NCBI GenBank assembly: GCA_965113315.1
Contig: OZ220368.1
Direction: 5' to 3' (one strand)
Source: Podarcis vaucheri
Taxonomy: Eukaryota
Length of the DNA: 64,000 nt
The first letter of the stretch is position 1. Each line of letters opens with the position of its first letter. Positions 1 through 11,661 of this stretch are shown here, piece after piece. Both the position numbers and the translations under genes were made by a program. The notes below the pieces were generated by a model. That model saw only the letters and a list, made by a program, of their open reading frames with translations, ran no database searches and had not been told where the DNA came from.

Positions 1-107
1 AGAAATTGTGCTGTGGCGGCAGTGGGATGCCCCATTAGCTAAAGTGGTGCTTCAGGTTAAGAACGGACCTCCGGAACGAATTAAGTACTTAACCCGAGGT
101 ACCACTG
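1..107 (-). mobile_element. Tc1/mariner (Tigger-like) MITE, truncated by the window edge
   Basis: Reverse-orientation copy of the elements at 24962, 26163 and 46674; ends TAACCCGAGGTACCACTG followed by TA. Confidence 0.85.
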
Positions 108-661
108 TATTGAAGGAAAATCTTGTTGGTCAATAGGTGGCTTAAATGCTAAACAATACCTCACAAGAAACTCTCTGACAGGCTTATTAAGCTTCTACTC
201 GTTCCCAACTTAACGACATTGAACAGGCATGTTTTCTTGCTTTCTCTACATCAGAGGTTGCCAATGCAACACCTGTGGGTGCCAGTCGACCCTCCTGCCA
301 CCTTCTATGGCATCAATTTTTTTGTTGTTTAATCTAAACTGGTGTAAGTCTTTGTGACATAGTAAATTCTAAGCCATATATATTGGTAAACTGATCTTCC
401 ATGCAAAATCTCAACGCTCTCAAGCTAAATGAAATAGTTCCATCTTTGCATCTAAATCAGAAGTTTCAGACCTTAGCTGTTCAACCTTTGCTCTGCCTGC
501 CATTATTTCCTGAGCCACCTACCTGTCCATGGGGAAAGTGGCTAAAGGTTGCATCGAAAAAGCAGACAACTGAGAAACTTCTTTTGGCCATCAAATACTT
601 TACTGCTACCATTCCTTTCAGTGAGGTATCTTCAGATGTGTGTTAAACATAGAGGGCTTAC

Positions 662-868
662 CTTGTACTCCGTCTTATCGATGCCTATTAGGAAAATAAA
701 TTCTGCAATGAGGAGGTTGATGCAAAGGTTCTTGTGAATTGTGTTTCGGTCACTTTGAAGGCCGCGGAAGAAACAGAAAGTGAAGATGCAAATTGCCAGG
801 CAGACAAGGGAAATGACAATCCCTACCCAGGTGATGACAGTGAGGAGTAAACCGTGCATTCCATTGTA
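662..868 (-). CDS. ADGRL2: ADGRL2 exon, TM1-ICL1-TM2 (207 nt)
   Basis: tttccag|TACAATGG...TACAAG|gtaagc encodes [69 protein letters not shown]. Confidence 0.97.
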
Positions 869-1048
869 CTGGAAATGATGAAGAGGAAAGAAAATTAGTG
901 TGGTCACTGATCAATACAAAACTAAAATATCAAGTTTCTCGCTAACACTTAGAAATTCCAACTTTGTTCAAAGGACAGCACAACAGCCTGTTCATTGACA
1001 GTTACAGAGATAAACACTGGAGATGAACTACCGGTAACTTTGAAAAAA

Positions 1049-1093
<45 letters not shown>
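1049..1093 (+). repeat. (ATT)15 microsatellite
   Basis: Read directly; explains the poly-Ile ORF 995..1216. Confidence 0.95.
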
Positions 1094-2262
1094 TCCAATA
1101 ACATGCCACATTTTAAGCCTAAGGGATGTTTGGGAAGGAGGACAGGGGAGGGAAAACATAATTTCTATATTCAATGCACAAATAAAGCATTGTTAAGGAC
1201 ATTAAAGGAAATTTAAGGAAATGAGAGATCTTCCGTATAAACCATATGTTCCATAAATGGAATGGATGAATAACTCTCATTGTGTGATCCAGTTAGAGTA
1301 GGTGAGGCTGTCAGGCTCCTTGGCCAGTGATACAGCTCATGGCCAGGTAAGAGAAAATTAAGATCTTTTATTATCATTCCCATGGCTCTATAGCTCAGTA
1401 GCATCTAGAAGAACTTGTACTTTATAGTTCTTGGTAGTTTTTGATTTTTTCAGTACAGGATTCCTTTCCAGTACTTGCATAACCCATTGGTGAATTACAC
1501 AACACTTTCTACAGATTTAAAGGATAGGTAAGAAGAGTTCATAGGTGGAATGTATTGTGGAAATGATTATATTTATTTAAATGTGGTAATCTGGGGGAAC
1601 TAGAGGCAGGGTCAATGAAGTCACTGTTTACATGTATAGACAGGATGCAAAATGATATCAATAGGATAGCAAAGAAGGACTTGTCACAGCAGACTTTATG
1701 TTTTGCACTGTTATATGTGAGTTTCAATGTCTTGCATAACTCAGCTCTATAATGCCCTCAGAATTGATGCCATCCAGATACCTAATGCGTGGGTCTAGAG
1801 AATGCAGAGCAGAATACACACTTCCCTTTTAAGTATGCTTTTGAAAGGTGTAAATATCCATCCCTTTGTCAACAGTTAACCAGTCCCAATGTGAATTTGC
1901 AGCCTTAACTGCAATCCTATCAGAAATCTACAAAATGCTTTGAGAAAGCAAGAGTATGTCGGAGAACTTAAAATTGCCAGAAAGCAGAAATATTGGTATA
2001 TAATGATAGGGGAAGCCTGTATATTTGAGCTCCTTTAATGAAATGGCATTCAGCATTAAATATAAGGTGCTGAACAGACACATTCTTTTTCTTCATTTTA
2101 CATCTGAACCTATGGAACACAAAGGTCATATCTGAAATGAGATGTCCAGAAGGATCCTGAAATTATACTAAAATCCGACTGTATAGATAGTTCAAACATA
2201 GAGAAGTTAAAGTGGGTTTTCTAAATGTCATTTGGTTGCCGATTAAAGGCATTGTTCCTTAC

Positions 2263-2436
2263 CGCAATTCCCCTATGTGCCATGAGGATTGCAAAATTGG
2301 TTAGGTGGCTACATGCACACGTGGTATGCGTTTTATTTGTGTCAATCAGCTTGCATCCTTGAGTTGACCAATAGCCCATCATAGTCCGTTCAGAGTAGTT
2401 CCAGAAGGAACAATTTGCATTGAAATAATTCTTGGT
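2263..2436 (-). CDS. ADGRL2: ADGRL2 exon, GPS motif and Stachel tethered agonist (174 nt)
   Basis: tttgcag|ACCAAG...ATTGCG|gtaagg encodes [58 protein letters not shown]. The HL/T autoproteolysis site is intact. Confidence 0.98.
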
Positions 2437-3065
2437 CTGCAAAACACCAGGATGAAAGAAAATTAGAACTGTAAACCCAGAAATGACAAGTATGGCACAA
2501 TGGGCATAGAATACAATTTGGATTACATTCTCCACATTTTTGTGGTTTGCTGTTTTGGAGCACAATTGAATAAGGGGCATAGGTTCATACACCATTAAAC
2601 AGCAATTAAGGTGACCTAGGATAGACTGTGGTGGATTGTACCCAGCATTAGCAAACCCGACAAGAACATGTTGAACAAGCCTACCACCTAGTTATAAAGT
2701 GGGTCTAATAGTTTAAAATATGCCAAAGTGCAATCCACATTACTATAGATCTAATTTTAATCAATCAGTTTCCTACTTGCTGTTCAATGTTCATACTGTG
2801 CACTTGTGGCCATTTCTGCCGATCCTGCAGCAGTAGATTCATGAAGTTTCTCTAAAGGGCTTCTTGAATAATTGAGGATTTACTAACGAATTCACTTTCC
2901 TTTTCTCAATTTCCATCAAGTCTAAAGGATCACTAGACATAATAATTCAGATTAAACTGAACTGAAAAACTAGTCTGGGGAAAAACACCTAGATAGGGGA
3001 TTTTTCCTTTCTTTTTTCAAGAGTCTTCTCTTTTGGTAAATGGAAAATCTCAGCTGGGAAAACAA

Positions 3066-3245
3066 AATCGTAGCATTGGAAGGGATCCTGAGGGTCATCT
3101 AGTCCAAACCCCTGCAATACAGGAATCTCAACTAGATCATACATGACAGATCTAACCTCTGCTAAAAACAACAACTACTCTAAAGAGTCTGTTCCACTGT
3201 TGAGCAGCTCTTATTGTCAAAAAGTTCTTCCTGATGTTTAGTCGT
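3066..3245 (-). mobile_element. CR1-type LINE/SINE 3' fragment
   Basis: GGAAGGGATCCTGAGGGTCATCTAGTCC is the near reverse complement of the CR1-like tail seen at 60490-60544. Boundaries approximate. Confidence 0.65.
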
Positions 3246-3744
3246 ATTACTACCACCTGACTAGTTCAAGCACAGAGAAGTTAAACCTAGTGTCAAGCAG
3301 AATGCAGAAAACAGCACCAGATTCCCTCGTTGACTAAAACCTATCTGAACGATTAGTGAATGGGCTCCAGGAGACAGAATGGAATTAAAGCAAAATGCTC
3401 TAAGTTCCATTAAAATTTTGCTGCATTAAGGAAGCAAAATCATAAGAGCTGGTGTTTTTCTGTCCTGCTGCTAAGGTAAGAGTTAATTTTCACTTAGGAA
3501 CAAATTAGAGCCATTTACATTTTCATGTTGATTACCGAATTAGCTTTCATTAAGAATACACTTAAGTTCTAATAATCACTGAACCAGGCTCATTTAATTT
3601 TATGTTCGTAGACTTAAACAAACCTGTGCCTCTGACCTAGTCCGACATTTAAAATTCAAATTGAAAGATCCACCCCCGTCCCTTCTTTGCTCTTTGCTCT
3701 TGCTGATTTTATGACCTTCCCATTAATTCATTACCATAACTCAC

Positions 3745-3950
3745 ATCAATGTGTGCCAGGGTGAAAAGAACAGGGTCTGTCAAGTACACGCGACTGGACT
3801 CCTTGTTGATGGAGGCTGCAATGACGTCAGAGTTCACAGCGATGGTACTGTTCCTGCCAGCAAACTCTCCTCCCAGTTTGATGGTTGCATTTTCCGTACT
3901 GAGGAACTGGCCCAAGCTTTTGTAAATTATGAAAACCAGCTTTGCTAACC
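3745..3950 (-). CDS. ADGRL2: ADGRL2 exon, GAIN (206 nt)
   Basis: ttcacag|GGTTAGCA...ATTGAT|gtgagt encodes [26 protein letters not shown]...[11 protein letters not shown]. Confidence 0.97.
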
Positions 3951-4211
3951 CTGTGAAAAGAAAGCTATTATAGTCACTTTAAATAACATGGCATGTTTTA
4001 AATAGCCTATCCCTCCCCAGCTTTAGTGCAGAAAGATTGATTCGAGTAAAAAAAAAGAAAGAAAGAAAAATGGCAGCCTAATGTTATTTACAAATGAGAG
4101 CTATCGACTGGCTATTTTTAATGTTGCTGAGGGTGTATTATTATAACACAGCAAACCCTTCCAAAATTAAGTTGCTACAGCTGAAAAATAAATGGTTTGC
4201 AAAAGACATAC

Positions 4212-4334
4212 CGCTTCTGCTGTTCTGCTTCACAGTGTTCGAAGAGAGCTGGATAGAATTGCCTCCTGCGTTGCCCTGGGGGAATTTCAAGTCCTGCACC
4301 TGTCCTTCTGTACTCAGCACTGCAACTTCCAAGA
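4212..4334 (-). CDS. ADGRL2: ADGRL2 exon, GAIN (123 nt)
   Basis: cacctag|TCTTGG...AGAAGCG|gtatgt encodes [41 protein letters not shown]. Confidence 0.96.
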
Positions 4335-4834
4335 CTAGGTGGACACAAAGCAAGAAGAAGGTTTTTGTTTTCTGTGGTCAGATTTGGCTGGTGTTTTCCT
4401 TTTCCTTTTTTTCCTTTCGCGATGCTTATTTTCTTGCTTGTACATGACAGATGCATACCGGTAGCATTGGAGTCGTTTTCCTTTAAATTTTAATCAAACC
4501 CGAGTGCAGATGCACAAAAGTAACAGCACGCCAGTTCAAAGAACATGACAGCCAACCTGGTTTTAATGTGAGCCTAAGAGAGATCACTTCAAAAGTCCCA
4601 AGAGTTCTTAGTTGGAAGAAATGCTTAACTTTTGGAGACCAAAGCAGCCATGATGCATGAATTTTTAGTGTTTGTGTCCTACTTGCTATTGCTATGCCTA
4701 ATCTTTCAGCAACAGGAAGCCAGAGGAGATGATCATTAAAACTGTCAGAATGGGACTGGGGGCATCTAGGCTTAAATCTCTGTAGGGTGACCATGGCTCA
4801 GTCATTGTATTTTAGCCTAACCTACTTAAATTAA

Positions 4835-5196
4835 GGACGCGGGTGGCGCTGTGGGCTAAAGCCTCAACGCCTAGGGCTTGCCGATCGAAAGGTCGGCGGT
4901 TCGAATCCCCGCGGCGGGGTGCGCTCCCGCTGCTCGGTCCCAGCGCCTGCCCACCTAGCAGTTCGAAAGCACCCCCGGGGGCAAGTAGATAAATAGGTAC
5001 CGCTTACCAGCGGGAAGGTAAACGGCGTTCCGTGTGCGGCTCTGGCTCGCCAGAGCAGCGTTGTCACGCTGGCCACGTGACCCGGAAGTGTCCCCGGACA
5101 GCGCTGGCCCCCGGCCAATAGATGTGAGATGGGCGCACAAACCCCAGAGTCTGTCAAGACTGGCCCGTTCGGGCAGGGGTACCTTTACCTTTACCT
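4835..5196 (+). mobile_element. Full-length Sauria/Squam1-type SINE, young copy
   Basis: tRNA-like head (TGGCGCTGTGG, GGTTCGAATCC), (ACCTTT)n tail, 12-bp TSD TACTTAAATTAA at 4823-4834 and 5197-5208, CpG-rich. Confidence 0.92.
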
Positions 5197-6838
5197 TACT
5201 TAAATTAAAGGGGTGCTGGAGGGAATAACAATGGGCATGACTCTGGGGAAAGGTAGGATATGGACAGTGCTTTTTTTCAGGGGTTACTCCAGAGTATGCA
5301 GTAATGGTACCTCTTTTGTTTTTGTTAAAAACTGTAGCAGGGTGAGTACCAGCAGCTATTTTTCTAGGGTGGGGAAAGGGTATATATTTATTAATGTAAA
5401 TCGATAAACTAAATATGGAAAAAATCATTAGTTGATAGCAACTAGTTGGGCAGGGTGTGACAGAATGGTGGAACCCACCGCTGCATCTACAACTCTCACA
5501 CCGGCCAGGGGAGATGGCTGGCGGAGGGGGAAAGCAGGTTGCTGCAGCAGCCTGGAGGTATTGCAGTGATCCAGCCAAGCTCAGGACCGATGCCAGCAGG
5601 TGAAGAGGTCCAGCTCAGCACCTCCTCTTTCCTGGAACATGGCTTCCACTGATGGTACTTCTGCTTATTGTGGGGGAGACTCTACATGCTGACCTCACTC
5701 TGCAGGCTGATAGTGGCAGTCAGTGTGATGACTGGGTGGTGAGGCACCTCAAGCCAATCCGTCCCCCCAGCCCACCAGGCCTGGTACAAAGGGGATTTGC
5801 TTCACAGCCAAAGGCCCACTTAACCTAGATGAATTTACTTTGGAGTAGACATCCTTAGCATTCCACAGCTGATCATCTGCAAACTCTGCTTCCACCTTTA
5901 GCAACAGAAACATGCACCACCTCATTCACAAATCCACGTACCTGACATTCTCCCATTCATAAATTAGTTTTTCCATTTTAAAGTCTAGTCTTGAAATGTC
6001 TGTGACATATGTGTGCTCTACCTCCTAATATGTAGACTGGTATAAGCCTCAAGGACGCAAGGAGAATGGCATTTTACATCTATACACAACAACCTTCTTA
6101 ACCACAACAAGATATACCTGTATGTCCCTAATGCATAATAGTTTCATTTCCCTGCCAGCATTTAAATGATAAATTATGCTCAAAGTGTCGGTAGCTATTT
6201 TGCAATCTGCAAAGCATGGCTATTTTGTATTGTGGGAGATGTGGCTCACTGAACACACTTTCACCTGAAGGCAGTTGTGCTTAATGCAAACATTTAGTCT
6301 ATGTGCTATGTGCCCAAAGTTGGCAATGCGCTCTCCCTGAAAGTAATCTACATTCATTAGGAATCGATTATGTATAAAGGAGAAAGAGTTTCTACCATGA
6401 GGACTGAAAAATATGTATGTATTTTCTATCATTTATGTAGCACATTTTTCAAAGTGTTCAAAGCGCTACATACACATTTTATCCAGAAATATTTACAATA
6501 ATCCTTCAGAAGTAGCCCAACATTATTAGCTCCATAATTCAGATGAGAATAAGATAAAGGTTACTTGCCTAAGTCCTTTGACTTAATTTTGTTAGCCAAA
6601 AATATTCGAACTAGGAATTTTCGGGGTTACAATCTTAGTCGCTATCTGTTCTATAACCAGAACATCAATCTATAATGGTTTTCCATTTTTAAAATGCAGA
6701 GGTTTCTGTATTATTTTCATGTAATATATTCCTAATGGGGCAAATTACACTGTGGAATATATGGACATCCCAAACCACTGGGTTTGGTGGACTCTTCCCA
6801 CGGTGTGATGCCAAGCGTTTCAAGACGTATTCACTTAC

Positions 6839-7022
6839 CAATGTGATCTGTAGGCATTGCGACCCTTGTTGGTTCTAAGAGGTTGTCAGCCAAGACAAAG
6901 GCCCCTTCTTCCAGGGTATCAAGTAACATGGTTGCAGCATGTGCCCGTTCAGAGGAATTCATATCTCTCCAGGAGTCTAGCGCTTGGGTCCTAAGCAGGT
7001 TGTCCACCGTGTCAACAATAGC
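6839..7022 (-). CDS. ADGRL2: ADGRL2 exon, GAIN (184 nt)
   Basis: aatgcag|GCTATT...CACATTG|gtaagt encodes [61 protein letters not shown]. Confidence 0.97.
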
Positions 7023-9716
7023 CTGCATTCAGTAGAAAAATATTAGGCCTTGCTGCCTTAAGGCAACAGGAGAGAGTCCCTAACATGATCTGATGACAAT
7101 TACAATATTTAACTGTCAACGTGATTTGCGGTGATTTAAAGACCAAAAGGCTACCGCTTTCTTCGTATAACAAAGAGCATTGATATAAGAAGCCTTGGAG
7201 CAGCAGTGAAAAAGAATATTATTAGCATACTGAAGCATATAAAAAGGGAACGCTCATGGCTTTAATTTTAAAGTTCCTCCAGCCAGGCTAGAGCTATACT
7301 GGGCTCTGATGTGCACGTTAAGTTCGGCAGGAGCAGAGGATTTCCCCATTTATTCAGAACTGAGGATTGATCAGTAGCGGCCTGATCTCACATACTTACA
7401 CTCACATTAAGATGCTCACAAAATAATATGCAATTAAGGAGGATTTTTTAAAGGATCTTTAGTGAAAACACGATATTTGTCAATTGAAGGGAGGCTCTTA
7501 CGTTAACGCGTAATGTGGGTGATTGCTGAATCACCATGTCCCATTTACCTAGTTACAATGTGTCATTAGGTGCCTATATCTATATCTGCATATGATTTGG
7601 CTGATTTCAAAAACAAATGGAAATGCAAGCAGGGTGCGCCACACAAATAAAAAGATGTCGCACCCAGAACACTGCTCCACACCTGAATGGATAGAAAAAA
7701 GTCGGGTCAGGACTATCTATTGTCAGGAGCAAAATTAATTAGCCTAATCCATCTTAATATCCTCTTTCTGTCTGAATTGTGAGTCTCAACAATGGCAGGT
7801 GGGAGATACTTTTGGAGTGGAATGAAAGGATTTTCTTCCCCTCTTCTCTAATGGGAAATAGAAGAGTCAAACTGCTCACACTGATACTGCTTCAGCCATT
7901 AAATAGAGTGGAACAGAAATTGGTCTGCAGAGGCCATATTCATTAGTCACCAAGAAATACGGATCGGAGCCTCTGATCTGAGTTACAAATGAATCCTCTG
8001 TCGCGAAGTGAGGACTTGCTTCATTTGCATAGCATCAGCCGGCTTTCGATTTGTAATTTTAAGAGGTTTTTATTAGTCTTAGCCAAACTGGGAAGCTCAT
8101 TTGAGACCTACTAAAAATGATCTCAGCGAGAAATTAAAGCTGCGCTGCAGTTCGTGTTGCGTGTATACACACGTCCTGATGGCTGCATGCATCCATTAGC
8201 CCGATTCACTCCTTATATTTTTAATGTTGTCTGACTGGCTGCTTTTCTTCGGTCACATTAAAATAGTCAGCTCTTTAATGACACTATTTCTTGTCAAAGG
8301 TGGCTGGGGAGGGAGGTGGAGAGTTAGAATAAATTCCCAGGCCATGCCACAGTCCAAAGGTAGCAAGGTCTTTTGGGTAGTGGTGCCGCATACACAGAAC
8401 ATCTTCATCAGAGAGGCTTGCCTGGTGCCCCCCTGCATTGTGCCAAGTGTAGACCTTTATATTCTTCCAGGACAGGCACATTTTTAAATATGCTTAATTC
8501 CTTGCCTCCTCTCCCACACAATCCGGGAGATGTCAACCCTGACGTGTTCTAGATGCCCATCAAAAGCTTAGTTATTTGCTTGGGCATTTTTGACTGTTAA
8601 TCTGCCCCCCCCCCCCTGCACTCCTCAGTATTTTGTTTTAGTATTCCGATTATGGATTTTTAGTGACAACATGTATTTTCATCTTATTTGTATTCTAGCC
8701 TTACAGTTTTATGGATTGGTTGTTTTTTTTTTAAAAAAAAAAACTTGGTAAATTGCTTAGAGAGGGTTTTTTTTTGTTTTTACATTAAGCTGCCTATAAA
8801 TTGCTAACATAAATGTTTTCCCCTTGCCAGTTTAAAACTGATTTTGTACTGCTGTGTTTGTTTATGCTGGCTTTGGGGTGGTTTTACGTGCTAAGTTGTA
8901 TTTGTATAATTGGATTTTGTGTGTGTGTTTAAACTATGAGTTGTATTAAGTTTTACTCAGAGTAGGCACGTAGAAAGTAATGAACATGGCTAAGTTAGGT
9001 ACATCAATTGCAACAGGAGTACTCTGAGTACAACATAGTTGAATACCAACCACTAGAGAACTGAATTCATGGATGGTATATAAATGTAGCAATAATAATC
9101 ACGAAGGGTGGAGGGGGTCGTGTAGCAGATGTACACGTGCCCAACCATTAGCATAGACTTCTGATGTGGGGTAGCCTACAAATGTAGGCTTCTCTGGGTA
9201 TTAGAAGCCTATGTGTCCGGACATCCATGTGCAAAGGCTTCCCCCACCTCAGACATCCACACTTAATACATGGATGGCAGGAGTGGTGCCTGAAGGAGCC
9301 CCTTTCTACTCATATTGCCCCTTTACAAGAGTAAAATGTGAAGGAGGCTTCAGACCCCACTGATTTCAGTGGAGAATATTTATGTGTGTGCTCAACCTCC
9401 TCATTCAAATAAATCACTGGGAATTAACGCCTCACTTAAGATTGGCTCGTAACCCTAGATTCTCGCTATCACAGTGACAAAACATTTTCAGTAGCAAGCA
9501 CACACACGGTTATTACTTTTTATCCAATGACATTTATCTTCAAAGGTGAACTGCAAATGCAACTGTAAAAAAGAAATCAACCCAATTCAGCAGACTTTGC
9601 TTTGCGTCCCCACTCACTGGCTTTATAAGAGAACAGTTATCACAGTATAATTTAAGATACATGTGGTTCCCCCCTGCCCCCTACTCTCCTTTTCTTGCAA
9701 AACCGCTTGATGCAAC

Positions 9717-9971
9717 TGAACACACTTCAGTTACAGATAGGTAGCCGTGTTGGTCTGTCATACTCAAAATAAAAAAATTCCTTCCAGTAGCACCTTAAAG
9801 ACCAACTAAGTTAGTTCTTGGTATAAGCTTTCGTGTGCATGCACACTTCTTCAGATAAATATGTGTATCTGAAGAAGTGTGCATGCACACGAAAGCTTAT
9901 ACCAAGAACTAACTTAGTTGGTCTTTAAGGTGCTACTGGAAGGAATTTTTTTATTTTGAACACACTTCAGT
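9717..9971. mobile_element. Penelope-like retroelement remnant (inverted terminal structure) with TSD
   Basis: Perfect 94-bp inverted repeat (9764-9857 / 9866-9959), 15-bp direct repeat TGAACACACTTCAGT at 9717-9731 and 9957-9971, and a hammerhead core motif. Confidence 0.8.
9865..9902 (+). ncRNA. Minimal type I hammerhead ribozyme motif (mirror copy on the minus strand at about 9821-9857)
   Basis: GUAU-CUGAAGA-A-GUGUGCAUGCACAC-GAAA-GC-UU-AUAC: core CUGANGA and GAAA, palindromic stem II, 4-bp stem I, palindromic AGCU in place of stem III. Confidence 0.65.
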
Positions 9972-10759
9972 CTCCCCAAAGTTTTATCAGCAGCTGAATG
10001 TAAAAGCGAGGGGAAAATGTCATCTGGGCTGAGAGCAGATGTAACATGTTCCATGGTTAAGCAATCAACAGCCAGCCAAGGGATTGGGCAGGACCTTTTT
10101 CTGGCCTTTGGTAAGATGCATACCCCATAGATAAATATGCCTGCACCTAGGACTAACTGGGATGCCTGTTAACCCTGGATGTGAAACCATGGTGTAATTC
10201 TGCATTAAGTTCTGGTAAGCTCCAACTGTAGTTGGCATTTCTGCAGATGCTATAGCTTTCATCACAGCTAGTTCCTTCGCGGAGTGGGACGATTTGTAAC
10301 TCCAGAGAAAGGGGTTAAGGAAAAGGAGTGAACAATAAACTGGTCCGCTCTCAGTTGCACAGTTGTTCTTAAGCAGTTGGACAACATTACATCTCTTAGG
10401 AGCCTTTATATTATTGATTTTATTCTATGCTGCGCTGCTTCAGTGTTTTTTTTTAAATTGCTATTTTTAATACCAATTGGTAACATTGCAAAAGAAAAAA
10501 CTACGAAGACATATGGATCGCATGTTTCAAAACAAATCAGCAGCAGGCTTTCATTTTTCATCCAACATCCCACCACTGTTGAAAAACTGACATTAACCAG
10601 AACAGAATACACATAGTAAGACCTGAAAGACATTCCAAGTTCCTTAGTATCTTTATGCCTCTCCTGGTATATGGGAAACAGGATATGCTTCCAGGAGAAT
10701 ATAAGGAAAGTTTGCACTGTATCTGTAACTCAAATGATCAAAGCTGGCCTTTGTTAACT

Positions 10760-10761
<2 letters not shown>

Positions 10762-10791
<30 letters not shown>
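10762..10791 (+). repeat. (CA)n microsatellite
   Basis: Read directly. Confidence 0.9.
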
Positions 10792-10794
<3 letters not shown>

Positions 10795-11072
10795 TCCCTG
10801 GTGTCACACACACAAAATAGAACTCGCTGAATTCAAGAGTGCACAAAAATAAAATAAAATGTAGGGTAGTTTAACATGTGTATGTGTTGGGGTTTTTGTT
10901 TTTTCATCATGCACAAGCATGGGATGTAATCCATAAGACACTCTTGCCACACAAACTCCACTGAACCAATGGAAGTCACGAGGCAGCAGTGATTAGTGGA
11001 TTCCACTAGATATGGCTACACAGTCTTTGATACACAGAGCTGCAAACACAAAACCCAGGTTCAAGGGGTACA

Positions 11073-11263
11073 GCTGTAGCTCTATGATAGAGCATCTGCA
11101 CTGCATGCAGAAAAGTCCCAACTTTAATCCCCAGCATTTCCAGGCAGGTCTGGCAATGTCCCCAGTCTGAAACCCTGGAGAGCGGCTACCAGCCAGTGTA
11201 GGCAATACTGAGCTATGTGGATCTATAGTCTGACTCAGTATAAGGCAACTTCCTGTGTTCCCA
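11073..11263 (+). mobile_element. tRNA-derived SINE with LINE-like tail, diverged
   Basis: GCTGTAGCTC...AGAGCATCTG head, ending ...GACTCAGTATAAGGCAACTTCCTGTGTTCC. Related inverted copy at 17276-17432. Confidence 0.7.
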
Positions 11264-11622
11264 TGTCAAACAATTTGTGCCCATTGCCAGTTTTGTTTTC
11301 CTTCCACAGGCACAATACCATGAGGAAGCAAAACTGTTCTTATTTCCAATTCAGATAAAAGCTCCATGGCTGCTTTTTTTTTTGAGAAAAGGAGGAGGAA
11401 AGGAAGTATCGATTATATCGATTTATTATTTACGATTGGCTTTTTCTGAAGGTATTATACCTGTGCAAAGCCAATACCTTTTTTTGTACAATTGCTGTGG
11501 GGAAGGCACAGTGCACAATTATCAAAGACTGAAATACATAGGGACATGCAGCAGGAGGGGAAAAGCGTGGCAGCAGGTGACTGAAGCAGGGACGAAGCAA
11601 GGTGACAGCACAGGAGAGATAC

Positions 11623-11661
11623 CTTAAGGTAAGACCTGCATGTCTTCTCTCGCTTTTGGAG
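11623..11661 (-). CDS. ADGRL2: ADGRL2 39-nt exon LQKREKTCRSYLK (GAIN insert, likely cassette)
   Basis: taccaag|CTCCAAAAG...CTTAAG|gtatct. Phase 0-0; matches the known 13-aa latrophilin GAIN insert. Confidence 0.93.

Noticed and set aside
995-1216. ORF with a poly-Ile run
   Set aside because: Artefact of the (ATT)15 microsatellite.
4864-5578. Long ORFs (97-207 aa) around 4.9-5.6 kb
   Set aside because: They overlap the GC-rich Sauria SINE and show no protein-like motifs or splice context.
8938-9055. Short imperfect palindromes (also near 15880-15950, 41510-41575, 57165-57240 and 59455-59550)
   Set aside because: They look like very decayed small DNA-transposon relics and are too degenerate to bound or classify.
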